Source: an uncultured Actinomycetota bacterium
GTDB taxonomy: Bacteria; Actinomycetota; Actinomycetes; JBEVHX01
Direction of reading: 5' to 3'
Length of the DNA: 64,000 nt
Assembly: GCA_963836025.1 (NCBI GenBank)
Contig: CAWIIE010000014.1
Location: 8,739 to 72,738 of the forward strand
Below the pieces are notes generated by a model that had not been told where the DNA came from, did not search any database, and was given only the letters and a program-made list of their open reading frames with translations. Position 1 is the stretch's first letter. Every line of letters begins with the position of its first letter. This document shows positions 10,999 through 20,792 of this stretch, in pieces. The translations under genes and the position numbers were made by a program.

Positions 10999-11769
10999 TC
11001 AGTGATGGTGCTCCCCGGAATGGCTGCCGGACGTCGCGCCGAGGTCGTCATTGCGTCCGTCCTTGATCCGTGACCATTGGGCGGTCGGGCGCCCGTCCAG
11101 CCGAAACTGACCACCTTTGGCATCCCAGCGCTGCGGCCAGGACTCCGGCGAGTCCTCCCAGAACTCCTGCCGGCCGTAGACCGTCAGGTCCAGCAGTCCG
11201 TACGACGGCGCCATCACCTCGTTGCCGCGGCCCGTGGTCCAGTAGGTCTCGTAGACCATGTCACCGTCCCGGAGATAACAGACCAGGATGCCGAAGTACC
11301 GATCTGCGACCAACCGGTCGACGGCATCCTGCGGCACTGAGTACCACGGAACCGACCATCCCATGAAGTCGCGATAGCGCGAGCTCTCCTCATACGGTCC
11401 CTCACACAGGGTCGCGTAGCTCACGTCCCGCGAGTTCAGATAGGACAGCTCATTGATGTGGGTCGTGGAGAAGGTGCAGCCTTCGCACTGCTCCGCAGCC
11501 GGCCGGCCGATGTGCCACATGTGGAAGTAGGCGATCAGCTGAGACCGACCCTCGAACAGGTCGATCAACGCAACCGGTCCGTCGGCACCGATCAGCGGAG
11601 TCTGCGCATCGACCTCGACCATCGGCAGCCGGCGCCGTTCGGCGGCAAGTGCGTCCCCGGCCCTGGTGTGGGCCTTCTCCTGCACCCTCAGCTCGTCGAT
11701 CTTCGCCTGCCAGGTCAGTCGATCCGCGACCTGTGGCAAACGACTGCCGGTTGCCGCCTTCTCCGTCAT
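10999..11769 (-). CDS. DUF899 thioredoxin-like protein
   Basis: 256 aa. CEGCTFSTTHINELSYLNSRDVSYA and WHIGRPAAEQ resemble the DUF899 family. Confidence 0.65.
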   Translation of the reverse strand: MTEKAATGSRLPQVADRLTWQAKIDELRVQEKAHTRAGDALAAERRRLPMVEVDAQTPLIGADGPVALIDLFEGRSQLIAYFHMWHIGRPAAEQCEGCTFSTTHINELSYLNSRDVSYATLCEGPYEESSRYRDFMGWSVPWYSVPQDAVDRLVADRYFGILVCYLRDGDMVYETYWTTGRGNEVMAPSYGLLDLTVYGRQEFWEDSPESWPQRWDAKGGQFRLDGRPTAQWSRIKDGRNDDLGATSGSHSGEHHH

Positions 11770-11842
11770 GCGACGTGTCTAGCCCAGCCACGGCCGGCAG
11801 ACAACCGGGGCCGGTTGACGTGGGACGAGCCGCCAGGCGCAG

Positions 11843-14800
11843 TCACACCCACAACTGATCATCGATCTGCTCGAGCAGAGCACGGGCGGCCGCCCGCCCA
11901 GACTCGACCATGCGGTCGATCTGGTGGAACTCCAGTAGGCCGACGCCCATCGGAGCCGGCGTCACGACCGTGACACCGCTCGCCCGGGCCCGTTCGACGG
12001 CGCCGCCGCTGCCGATGAGCATGATGCGAAGCAGCGTCTCCCCCAGGGCGGGGATGCGCGGCGGACCGGAACGCCTCGGCTGCACGGCGGAGTCCCGGGC
12101 GTTGCCGCCGGTTGCGATGTTCACCGCAACGACCGGCCCTTCGGCCCGTTCTCTCAGCAGTGCATACGGCAAGTTGTCCAGGATCCCACCGTCCACCAAC
12201 AGCCGATCGTCCAATCGCGCAGGCGGGAACAACACGGGCAACGAGACGGACGCGTTCACCGCAGCAGCCAGCGGTCCGCTTCGGTGGACGTGGGACGTGC
12301 GCCCAAACAGGTCGGTGCTGACGCAACGGAACTGGCGGGGCAGAGTCTCGATGAGCGCGTCACCGAATCGTCGCGCGAAGCCGGCACGCATACGCCGTCC
12401 ATGAGCCAGAGACGTCCTCGGCACCGTGTAGTCGCTGAACGGTCGACGACGAACGAACTCGTCGTAGCAGATCTCCTGCACCGTGCCGGCGTCGTGGCCG
12501 GATGCGTGCAGCGCAGCGACGATCGAGCCCACGCTGCACCCGGATACCCGGTCGACGTGCACGCCCGCGTCAGCCAGTTCCTGCAGCACGCCGATGTGCG
12601 CGAACGCGCGCGCACCGCCTCCGGCCAGCGCCAGTCCCACGGCTCGACCGGCGATCCGGGCAGCCAGCGGACGAAGCTTTGACGGCAGGTCGTTCTCCGC
12701 CGCGATGGTCACCTGCCACGGCTCGAGCGCCGCGCACCAGTCGCCGAGCCGGCCGTTCGCCGGTGGATCTCCCACCAGCACCAGGTCGACACCCGAGGGC
12801 AGATCCGGCCGCCGCAACGATGGCGGAATCGGCTCAGTGCTGCCCGCCACCAGGATGACCAGGTCTGCTTGCCGCAGGCAGAAGTCCCGCCAGGTCTGCT
12901 GGTCGTCTGCCGCGTCGCTGTCGATCCCGGCGCGGAGGACCACCCGGTCGTGGTCACGTTCTGCGCGCTCCAACGCCCCCGGCGGGATCACCCCCGGTGC
13001 GACCACTCGAAGGTGTTCGCTGAGGACAGCTACGAGCGTGTGGCTCACCGCCTCCACCGGGGCTCCGGGGTGCAGCCCGACCACCGAGACCACGCCCGAG
13101 CTGCGCCGACCCTCGGCCGGCGCCGGGCTCGCGTCCCTCAACCGTTCCGCCAGAACCGAAGCGAGTCCTCTCAGTGCGTCGGCATCCTCGAACAACGCGC
13201 CGTCGAACTGCGTGTTGGTCAGTTCGAGCAAGTGGCTGTCCCGCCGCGCACGTACCGACGCAGATCGGACGTCACCGGTCAGCAACGCAAGCTCGCCGAT
13301 GACATCGCCGGCGCCAAGCTCGCGCACGGCCCGCCCATCGACCACGACCTCGAGCCGACCGGAGCGCACGACATACATCGCCGAGCCCGGATCGCCGGCG
13401 CGAAACAGCCAGTCGCCGGCGGCGATCTGCCGCTCGGCCGCGACCGCCTCGAGCCGCGTACGCGTTTGCTCCGGCAGCCGAGCCAGCAGCGGGACATTGC
13501 CGACGATCACGTCACCGTCGGCGTGCGTGTCCTCGGCGCCCGACGAGTCGGTCGGCAGGTGCACTATCGGTTCTTGGGAGAGCACCGGGTCGGTCGCGAT
13601 CGCGGCATCCGGGTTCGGGCGGCCCAGCACCAGGACGCCTGCGGCGCACAGGGCGAAGCAGACCGCCGAGAAGACCCAGCCCGTTCGCAGGGCGTCGGCG
13701 GCCGTGGTCGGCGTCGGCGTGCCGATGATGACGACCAGGACCGCGATGCCCAGCACCCCGCCCAGTTGGCGGGCGCTGGAGATGACTGCGGACGCCGTGG
13801 CATACCGGCCACCCGGGACTGCGGCCAAAGCCGCGCTGCCGAGGACCGGCAGGGTTGCCCCGACGCCGATGCCACTGAGCACCTGCCCGGGCAACCACTC
13901 GCCGAAGAAGTCAGGCTGCAGCCCAACGCGGGTCGCGTACCAGACGTAGGCCAGCGACCAGATGATGGCGCCGGGCAGGACGACCAACGTGTATCCGCGG
14001 GTGCTGGCCACCGGCCCGAGCACGGCGGCGACGACCGCCGCGACGAGGGCGGCCGGCACCAGCGCGAGGCCAGCCTCCAACACGGACCAGCCCCAGACGT
14101 ACTGCAGCCACAGAATGTTCGTGAGCAGGTAGGCATAGAACCCGGCGCCCGCGACGACAGTGACCAGGTTGGCAACGGCGAACGGCCGGATGCGGAGCAG
14201 CTCAGGGTCGAGCAGGGGCGAGCGGTGCCGTCGCGAGCTGAGCACGAACAGGACGACGAAGACGGCCGCGAGGCCGAACGAGCCGATGACCTCGGGACTG
14301 GCCCAGCCCCAATCGTTGCCCTTCACGATGCCGAGGGTGAGCAGACCCAGCGCGGCCGCGAACAGGCACGCACCCCGCAGGTCCGGCATCCGGCGGCGAC
14401 CCGGCGCGCGGCTCTCGACGAGCTTCGACCGTGCAATCAGGATCGCGGCCACGCCGAACGGCAGGTTGACCAGAAACGCCCAGCGCCAGTCACCGATCTC
14501 GACCAACGCACCGCCGATCGGCGGCCCGAGGCCGGCGGCAACCGCCGCGGCCGCGCCCCAGAGCCCCACCGCGTGCGCGCGCCGGCCGGCCGGGAAGGAC
14601 TCCACCACAAGCGCCAGCGACGCGGGGACGAGCATCGCGGCACCCAAGGCCTGGAGCGCACGAGCCCCGATGAGGAACCCGACCGACGGAGCTGCCGCGC
14701 ACAGCGCGGAAGCCGCGGTGAACACCGCGATGCCAAGGAGGTAGCCGCGCCGCCGGCCCAGCAGGTCCGCGAGCCGCCCGAACACCACCAGGAACGAAGC

Positions 14801-15022
14801 GAAAACGATGTTGTACGCGTTCAGCACCCACGACAGCCCGCTGATCGACGTCTCGGGGAAGGATTCCTGGATGCTGGGAAACGCGACGTTGACGATCGTG
14901 GCGTCCAGGAACGCGAGAAATGCGCCGAACGACGCGACCAGAAGCACCGTGCGCTCGGCGACCCTGCCGCGTGTGCGCACATGCGGCGCGATGATCGATG
15001 CGCCGGCTGGTTCGCTCATCAA
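11843..15022 (-). CDS. tripartite fusion: MFS transporter (DHA2-like, about 14 TMS) + cyclic-nucleotide-binding domain + patatin-like phospholipase (Rv3239c-like)
   Basis: 1059 aa. N-terminal 480 aa is polytopic MFS (GRLADLLGRRRGYL). The middle has WLFRAGDPGSAMYVVRSGRLEV...GELALL (cNMP-binding). The C-terminus has GLALAGGGARAFAHIGVL, GCSVGS and DGGILDNLP (patatin GxGxxG, GxSxG, DGG). Confidence 0.85.
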   Translation of the reverse strand: MMSEPAGASIIAPHVRTRGRVAERTVLLVASFGAFLAFLDATIVNVAFPSIQESFPETSISGLSWVLNAYNIVFASFLVVFGRLADLLGRRRGYLLGIAVFTAASALCAAAPSVGFLIGARALQALGAAMLVPASLALVVESFPAGRRAHAVGLWGAAAAVAAGLGPPIGGALVEIGDWRWAFLVNLPFGVAAILIARSKLVESRAPGRRRMPDLRGACLFAAALGLLTLGIVKGNDWGWASPEVIGSFGLAAVFVVLFVLSSRRHRSPLLDPELLRIRPFAVANLVTVVAGAGFYAYLLTNILWLQYVWGWSVLEAGLALVPAALVAAVVAAVLGPVASTRGYTLVVLPGAIIWSLAYVWYATRVGLQPDFFGEWLPGQVLSGIGVGATLPVLGSAALAAVPGGRYATASAVISSARQLGGVLGIAVLVVIIGTPTPTTAADALRTGWVFSAVCFALCAAGVLVLGRPNPDAAIATDPVLSQEPIVHLPTDSSGAEDTHADGDVIVGNVPLLARLPEQTRTRLEAVAAERQIAAGDWLFRAGDPGSAMYVVRSGRLEVVVDGRAVRELGAGDVIGELALLTGDVRSASVRARRDSHLLELTNTQFDGALFEDADALRGLASVLAERLRDASPAPAEGRRSSGVVSVVGLHPGAPVEAVSHTLVAVLSEHLRVVAPGVIPPGALERAERDHDRVVLRAGIDSDAADDQQTWRDFCLRQADLVILVAGSTEPIPPSLRRPDLPSGVDLVLVGDPPANGRLGDWCAALEPWQVTIAAENDLPSKLRPLAARIAGRAVGLALAGGGARAFAHIGVLQELADAGVHVDRVSGCSVGSIVAALHASGHDAGTVQEICYDEFVRRRPFSDYTVPRTSLAHGRRMRAGFARRFGDALIETLPRQFRCVSTDLFGRTSHVHRSGPLAAAVNASVSLPVLFPPARLDDRLLVDGGILDNLPYALLRERAEGPVVAVNIATGGNARDSAVQPRRSGPPRIPALGETLLRIMLIGSGGAVERARASGVTVVTPAPMGVGLLEFHQIDRMVESGRAAARALLEQIDDQLWV

Positions 15023-15150
15023 GCCCCCCCAATAGCTTTCGCCGTGAGGCTATCGAGTCATCACCAGAATCGAGCAGCCTCGACCAGTTGGTGAGTCGGT
15101 TCGAGCCAGAGCCGGTCCCGCCCCATCTCGGACGGGCGGGACCGGCCGTG

Positions 15151-15825
15151 CTACGACCCGGCTCCCGAGCTGGTGACCGGAATCACCTCGTGAAGCACCA
15201 CCTGCGCACCTCTTTCCTGCGCAACTTGCAGTGCACGCAGCCGCAGCAGCTCGGGATGCTTTCGCAGCACGTCGGCGGTATTCGCCAGCGAGCGGAGCAC
15301 AGCCTGCTCGCCCCGGGCCCGCTCGATCGCGGCCAGCGCCTCCTGCCGAGCGCGCAGCACCTCGGCGAACGCGGTGCGGAGCTCGGCCGGAAACGTGAGG
15401 TCACGCACCGCGACGTTGATGACCTCGATGCCGAGGTCACGCGCCGTCGGCGCGACCGCTGCACCGACCGAGGACGTGATCGAGTCTCGATCGGCCACCA
15501 GGTCCGCCAGCGCCGCCGACGCGACCGGCGCCCGGAGTGCCAGCTGAAGCTGGACGTACAGCGACTGGGTCGGATCCTGCGCTGCAGTCACGAACGCGAC
15601 CGGATCGACCACCTTCCACCGCGCTGCCAACGAGATCCGCACGGACAGCCCGTCCGCGGTCACCAGATCCTGCAACGGCATGACCAGGGTCTGCTCACGG
15701 GTGTCGATGAAAATCAGACGCGCGGAACCGACAATCCAGTAACGGCCGGGGCCAAGCACGCCGACGAGGCGGCCACGCGCGTAGCGCACCACCTGCTCCC
15801 ACGCCTGCACGGTCACTCGCCGCAT
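15151..15825 (-). CDS. SPFH / band-7 domain protein
   Basis: An AAGGAGG RBS precedes ATG at 15825 (MRRVTVQAWEQ...). PHB-domain-like core with a C-terminal coiled region. The upstream 180 aa of the tool's ORF is low-complexity and not coding. Confidence 0.7.
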   Translation of the reverse strand: MRRVTVQAWEQVVRYARGRLVGVLGPGRYWIVGSARLIFIDTREQTLVMPLQDLVTADGLSVRISLAARWKVVDPVAFVTAAQDPTQSLYVQLQLALRAPVASAALADLVADRDSITSSVGAAVAPTARDLGIEVINVAVRDLTFPAELRTAFAEVLRARQEALAAIERARGEQAVLRSLANTADVLRKHPELLRLRALQVAQERGAQVVLHEVIPVTSSGAGS

Positions 15826-16147
15826 GATCGTCACCTCCTTGTCGGTCTGCCGTATGCTTGAACCCGCGTGCGCGACGCCGCGAACGGACGCGACCGACCG
15901 GACGCACGCCAGCGGGGGCTCGAAGCCCGCAAGGCCGGATGCGACCTGCCCGCCACGGCGCAGCCGCGGTCGTGCTGGTCGGGTCGCGCCCGCCCGATGG
16001 GAGTTGAACCCGGCGCTTTGCAGGCGCTGCCCTCGGTTCGATGCAGTACGGGTTCGACGAACGGTCGACCCCGCTGACAAGGACCGACCTGGAGGGTAGT
16101 GATGGGAGCGGCCTCGGGCGAATGATTTCCTGCGGCTGTCCGAAGGC

Positions 16148-17452
16148 TCAGCGATCGCGGAACGGGAGGGAACCGATCGCCTTGCCGATGCACCGCCGCT
16201 GGGCCAGCCCGAGCTCGATGGCGGGGCGGAAGTGAATGCCACCGAAGAGGCGGGAGATCGCCGCTTCCTTGGCAGCTGCGCTGAATGACCGGTAGCGGCG
16301 AGGGGGGAAGCCGCGGCGGTCGTGGGTGTGGTCCACAAACGAGTACCGGTCCCCGAACAGGTCGGCGAGGACACTGAAGGCGGCCCCTGACTGCACCGAG
16401 TGCCCGGACGGGTACTCGGGGAACGGCGGCGTGGTCAGCAGTGGCAGCCAGTCCGGGTCGACCTCACGTTGGATGTAGGTCACCGGGCGCAGCAGGTTGT
16501 AGCGGTACTTCGCGTTCCAGCAAGCGATGAAGGCGTCGCATACCGCGATGCCGACCTTGGCGTAGGTCTCCGCGGCAGCCATGAGCGAAGCGTCCTGGGC
16601 ACGCAGTACCTGGGTGGCGACCGAGATCGAGTGGCCGGGCGGAGTGGCGGTCTGGCCAGGGTCGTCCGACCAGAATCGAGCGATGGCCTCCTGCTCGGCG
16701 GTGAGATGGTTGACAGTGTCGTACACCTCGATCGCTTCACGATGAAACCTCGAGGCGGGATCGTTCGAGTATGCGGTGGGATCGCCCGGCGGGCACGCCG
16801 ACCCGTTGGCGATGGCGAAACACCGGTTGCCGCCCCACGTCGGCTGCAACGCCGACTGGAACGCCGGCGGCGTCGGCACCCAAAGGCCCGGCCCGACTGG
16901 CGGCACGTAGCCGGGTGGGAAGTTGCGCTTATGCCCCTCGTGGCCGCCGTCCCGACGCGAGGCCTGGAAGATCGCACCAGCGACGGCCCGCCCGTGCTCG
17001 GTTGAACGACGGAGCGTGCCACGCGAAGCCTCGCGGGCGGACTTGAGGGCGAACGCGGACTCGAGGGCGTGGATCGATGCCTGGTTGGCTTCCGGACCGA
17101 ACACCGCGCGCATAATCGTCGCCAGCGAGGCATTCGCCACGGTCGGCCAGTGCAGCCGACCCCGGGCGCGCGGCACGTCCTTCAGACCCGGCAGTATGCC
17201 GCTGAGCGACCGGTTGTCCTTGGAGCCGGGCACGACCGCCTCGTAAACCGTCAACCCGGCATATGCGAGCGCCCGTGACGCCACCGGCGGGCTGAACCCC
17301 GGAGTCGTCCGCACCAGGTCGAAGGCGAGATCGAACCAGGCGGCCGCTACCGCCGCATCGAAGTCCTCCGGCCGCCGCCCACCGGTTGCCGATGATGGCG
17401 TCGCAGCCGGGCCAACGACGACCACCGCCGCAGCCGCACCGGCACCAGCCAA
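16148..17452 (-). CDS. PAP2-superfamily protein (vanadium haloperoxidase / acid phosphatase-like), probably Tat-secreted
   Basis: PEYPSGHS and SRLFGGIHF PAP2 motifs. The hydrophobic N-terminus AGAGAAAAVVVV is preceded in-frame by RREF, which lies upstream of the first canonical start. Confidence 0.7.
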   Translation of the reverse strand: MAGAGAAAAVVVVGPAATPSSATGGRRPEDFDAAVAAAWFDLAFDLVRTTPGFSPPVASRALAYAGLTVYEAVVPGSKDNRSLSGILPGLKDVPRARGRLHWPTVANASLATIMRAVFGPEANQASIHALESAFALKSAREASRGTLRRSTEHGRAVAGAIFQASRRDGGHEGHKRNFPPGYVPPVGPGLWVPTPPAFQSALQPTWGGNRCFAIANGSACPPGDPTAYSNDPASRFHREAIEVYDTVNHLTAEQEAIARFWSDDPGQTATPPGHSISVATQVLRAQDASLMAAAETYAKVGIAVCDAFIACWNAKYRYNLLRPVTYIQREVDPDWLPLLTTPPFPEYPSGHSVQSGAAFSVLADLFGDRYSFVDHTHDRRGFPPRRYRSFSAAAKEAAISRLFGGIHFRPAIELGLAQRRCIGKAIGSLPFRDR

Positions 17453-17589
17453 GAACTCTCGTCGTGCCAGCTCGACGTATCCACGGTCATCACCCCGTTC
17501 GACGGCGAGACCCCGCGCGGATTCTGGAGCCCGCCCGGATCTGATTCGTTATGCGTCGGCCTCCGGTTTGGCTGCCGGAACTCGAGGAA

Positions 17590-18345
17590 TCAGTCTTCGG
17601 GTGTCTGGACCTTCTCCCACACGGAAACGTGCGACGGGCTGGTGGCGGTGAAGGGAGTGCGATCCCACCAGGCCCAGCGTTCGCTCAAGCTCATGCCCGC
17701 GATTCGGGCCATCAGGTCGAGCTCGGCCGGCCACGCATACCGGAACGGGATGGACCTGCGCCGAAAGGTGCCGTCCGGTGTTCGGACGTAGTGGTGAGAC
17801 CACATCGCCTGGGTGACCGGGTCGTACTCGTCAATCCCAAGGTGATCGTCGCCGTGATGGAACACCCGGTACCGCTGCCCAGTCGCACCGCACACTCCCG
17901 GCGCGCCGGTCTCGACGACGAAACAGCCGCCGGACCGCAGATGGGCGGCGGCATTCTGGAAGGTCGCGACCTGGGCATCCTGCGTGGTGACGTTGCCGAT
18001 GGTGTTGAACACCAGGTACACGACATCGAACTGGCCCGGCACCCGCGTCGACGTGTAGTCGCCGATCGTCACCTGCACATCTGCGCCACCCGGCTTGGCT
18101 CGCAGCCGCTGGACCATCGCCGATGACAGGTCAATCCCCTGCACGACGACCCCGCGCTCCTGCAGCGGCAGCGCCACCCGGCCGGTGCCGATGGCGAACT
18201 CCAGCGCACGTCCGCTGCTCCCGCCTTGCCGAGCCAGGTCGGCCAGAAAGCCCGACTCGAGTGCGAGGTGCTCGGGTGTGAACCGGACACTCGAGTCCTC
18301 GTCGTATGCGGCGGCCACGTCCTCACCGAAGTAGTCGTGCAGCAC
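17590..18345 (-). CDS. class I SAM-dependent methyltransferase
   Basis: LEFAIGTGRVALPL (motif I) and VVYLVFNTIG. 251 aa. Confidence 0.8.
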   Translation of the reverse strand: MLHDYFGEDVAAAYDEDSSVRFTPEHLALESGFLADLARQGGSSGRALEFAIGTGRVALPLQERGVVVQGIDLSSAMVQRLRAKPGGADVQVTIGDYTSTRVPGQFDVVYLVFNTIGNVTTQDAQVATFQNAAAHLRSGGCFVVETGAPGVCGATGQRYRVFHHGDDHLGIDEYDPVTQAMWSHHYVRTPDGTFRRRSIPFRYAWPAELDLMARIAGMSLSERWAWWDRTPFTATSPSHVSVWEKVQTPED

Positions 18346-18417
18346 GGTCCTACCCTGCCCAGGGACCGTTGGCTCGCGCCACGCCTTTCGAGAGCGAGGC
18401 TGTGCTCTGCGCTTGCC

Positions 18418-19416
18418 TTAGGTTCCCGCGAATGCGACGACGACCCGAGCGTCATGCCCGGCGGCCGTGCGTAGCCACCCCGCGGCCACGTCTGCAAGCT
18501 CGACCACCTCGTGCCCGACATGACAGCGGCCCTCGTCGGCCAGTTCGAGGACGTGCCTGAGCGCATCGTTGCGCTGCGACGTCGTCAGCGAGTTGTTCGT
18601 GTACCCGAGGATCGCGTGCGAGCCGCTCCGTAGGGTCGCGGAGGAGAATGACGCGGTGGCGCCACCGCTCGAGCCGAGATGAACAAGCCGACCGCCATCG
18701 GCCAACGCACCGAGGGCGGCGGTGCAGGCGTCACCACCAACCGGGTCGATCACCACGTCGAACGGTGCGCCGGCCGCTGCTTGAACTCTCTCCGCGAGTG
18801 TCCCGACATCAGCCGCTGATAAGTCCACGACATCGGATGCGCCGACGGCCAGTGCGCGCTGCCGGCCTACGGCTCGTCGACTCGCCCCCACGACGGTGCC
18901 AGCGCCGAGGGCGACAGCGGCCTGCATGGCCACCTGGCCGACTGCTCCCCCGCAACCGAGCACCAGAACGCTCTCGCCGGCCTGCAGCCTCGCCTTCCAG
19001 GTCAGGCACATCCAGGCGGCCACCGCCGACAGCCCCAGGGCCGCGACGGCGGTGTCATCGATGCCGGTTGTGATCGGGACCGCCCTGGACTCCTCGACGA
19101 GTGCATACTCGGCGAGGCTTCCGTTGCCCGGACGCATGCCGGCGTCGGTGCTGAACCACACGCGGGAACCAACCTCGATGGTGTCTCCGGCCGCAATGAC
19201 CCCGACTCCCTGGACGCCAGGGACATACGGAACCGCCGGCGCCCCGAAGTAGGAGGTCCCGGATGCGCACAGCAAGTCCAAGGGAGTGATCGGAGCCGCC
19301 GTCACCTGGACGAGGCAGCGACCCGGTAGGAGCGGGCCGATATCCACCAGACCGACGGAGGGCGGGCGTCCGCATTCGTCGATCACCGCGGCAGCGACCG
19401 GTCCACGAGTGTCCAT
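18418..19416 (-). CDS. MDR-superfamily zinc-binding dehydrogenase / quinone oxidoreductase
   Basis: The likely start is MDTRGPVAAAVID. VLVLGCGGAVGQVAMQAA is the NAD(P)-binding motif. Confidence 0.75.
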   Translation of the reverse strand: MDTRGPVAAAVIDECGRPPSVGLVDIGPLLPGRCLVQVTAAPITPLDLLCASGTSYFGAPAVPYVPGVQGVGVIAAGDTIEVGSRVWFSTDAGMRPGNGSLAEYALVEESRAVPITTGIDDTAVAALGLSAVAAWMCLTWKARLQAGESVLVLGCGGAVGQVAMQAAVALGAGTVVGASRRAVGRQRALAVGASDVVDLSAADVGTLAERVQAAAGAPFDVVIDPVGGDACTAALGALADGGRLVHLGSSGGATASFSSATLRSGSHAILGYTNNSLTTSQRNDALRHVLELADEGRCHVGHEVVELADVAAGWLRTAAGHDARVVVAFAGT

Positions 19417-19438
19417 TGCGCTTGGAACGCTCGTCGAC

Positions 19439-19786
19439 CTACGTGCTGATGTCCGGGTATGGCAGCGACATGTGCGCGAGTCGGTGCGCATACTCGAGCT
19501 GAAAGCCGAGCGGTTCGGCGTAGTCGCGCTCGAACATCGCGATGAACAAGGTGAGCGTCAGGAACGGATGCGCACCCATCTCGAACAGCTTCGGATAGTC
19601 GTGTGTCGCCAGCGCGGTTCGCTCGTCGTCCTCGAAGCGAAGCCAGCTCGACCTCTCTCTGGTTGCGCAATTGAGGATCACGTTCGCGCGTTCGACCTCC
19701 CACCACTCGACGGTCCCGGCCGGATCTTCGCGGTATCGCTCGACGAGCTCGGGGTCCCGGTCGACCGTGAAGAGGAACTTGTTCAT
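19439..19786 (-). CDS. LigA-like small subunit of a class III extradiol dioxygenase
   Basis: MNKFLFTVDRDPELVERYREDPAGTVEWW..., 115 aa. It lies 11 nt downstream of the LigB-like gene. Confidence 0.55.
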   Translation of the reverse strand: MNKFLFTVDRDPELVERYREDPAGTVEWWEVERANVILNCATRERSSWLRFEDDERTALATHDYPKLFEMGAHPFLTLTLFIAMFERDYAEPLGFQLEYAHRLAHMSLPYPDIST

Positions 19787-19797
19787 CAGGTACTTGC

Positions 19798-20661
19798 TCA
19801 CGCCGGCGCTCCGTTCGGATACCAGGTGAAGTACGCCTCCATGGTGTGGAACAAGTCGTAGGTGTCGACGTAATCCGCCTTCGCGCTGTCGCCGGCAACG
19901 CCCATCATGAGCATGAAGTCCATGAACCCGTGGGTTGCGTTCCCAGGTGCGTGCAGGCTGTCGAGGCTGACCTCGGCCAGGCACCCCTCGAGGTCCCCGC
20001 CGGCGATCCACTCGACCGCCTTCGCGTCGAACTCGGGGTCGGGACCATGCGGGCCGAACTGGCGCGGCCCGCCGAGCTCCAACGACAGGTGCCCGGTGCC
20101 GATGATCGCGACTCGCTGCTGGCTGGGCCAGGCCTCCACGAGTTGGCGGATTGTCCGACCCAGCTGCACGAACCGCGCGGGTCGCGGCATGGGTGGCGCG
20201 AAGATGTTCGTGTAGATCGGCACGATCGGCAGGTCGTTCTGCGGTCGCAACGTGATGATCGGGCACGTGATGCTGTGATCGATGCGCAGCTCGTTGCTGA
20301 ACGCGAGATCGAAGCCGGCGTCGATGCCGTTGCGAAGGATGTAATTGGACAAGTCCCGTTGGCCGTCCATGACCAGGCGGGGTAGCCCGAACTCGCGTTC
20401 CTCGTTGTACCAGTTCGCGTCGTAGCGCTCGGCGTTACCGACGAGGAACTGGGGCATGTTGTCCAGCCACAGCTGGTGAAAGTGGTCCGACCCGACCATC
20501 ACCAGGACATCGGGCCGGCTGCGGGTCAACGTGTCGCGGAAGGCCTCGACCTTGCGCACCCACTCGGCCGCGAACGGCGGCGCTTCGCCCTCGAGTGCGG
20601 TGCTGGCCTTGTAGTAGAAGGGGTGGTGCGTCGAGGCGATGACGGCGACCAGCTCAGCCAT
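19798..20661 (-). CDS. class III extradiol ring-cleavage dioxygenase catalytic subunit (LigB family)
   Basis: 287 aa. VMVGSDHFHQ and AIIGTGHLSL motifs are typical of LigB-type dioxygenases. Confidence 0.8.
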   Translation of the reverse strand: MAELVAVIASTHHPFYYKASTALEGEAPPFAAEWVRKVEAFRDTLTRSRPDVLVMVGSDHFHQLWLDNMPQFLVGNAERYDANWYNEEREFGLPRLVMDGQRDLSNYILRNGIDAGFDLAFSNELRIDHSITCPIITLRPQNDLPIVPIYTNIFAPPMPRPARFVQLGRTIRQLVEAWPSQQRVAIIGTGHLSLELGGPRQFGPHGPDPEFDAKAVEWIAGGDLEGCLAEVSLDSLHAPGNATHGFMDFMLMMGVAGDSAKADYVDTYDLFHTMEAYFTWYPNGAPA

Positions 20662-20792
20662 GGTTGTTCCTAACTCGACCGACGTCAGTTCTCCTCGACA
20701 GTGCCCACCCAGTATGTGGCGGGCATCCTTGACACTCGCAGCGGATGGAGATCATTGTGCGACTCTTGAGGCTCGCTGAAGGAGGCGCCGAC

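Noticed and set aside
12483-15094. Long plus-strand ORFs (488 aa, 741 aa)
   Set aside because: They are antisense to the MFS-cNMP-patatin gene, whose translation shows clear domain motifs. They are low complexity (R/A/P/G-rich) with no motifs.
15985-16070. Intact tRNA gene
   Set aside because: The anticodon arm is perfect, but the acceptor stem and T-stem cannot be formed. It is kept only as a tRNA-like fragment in the findings.
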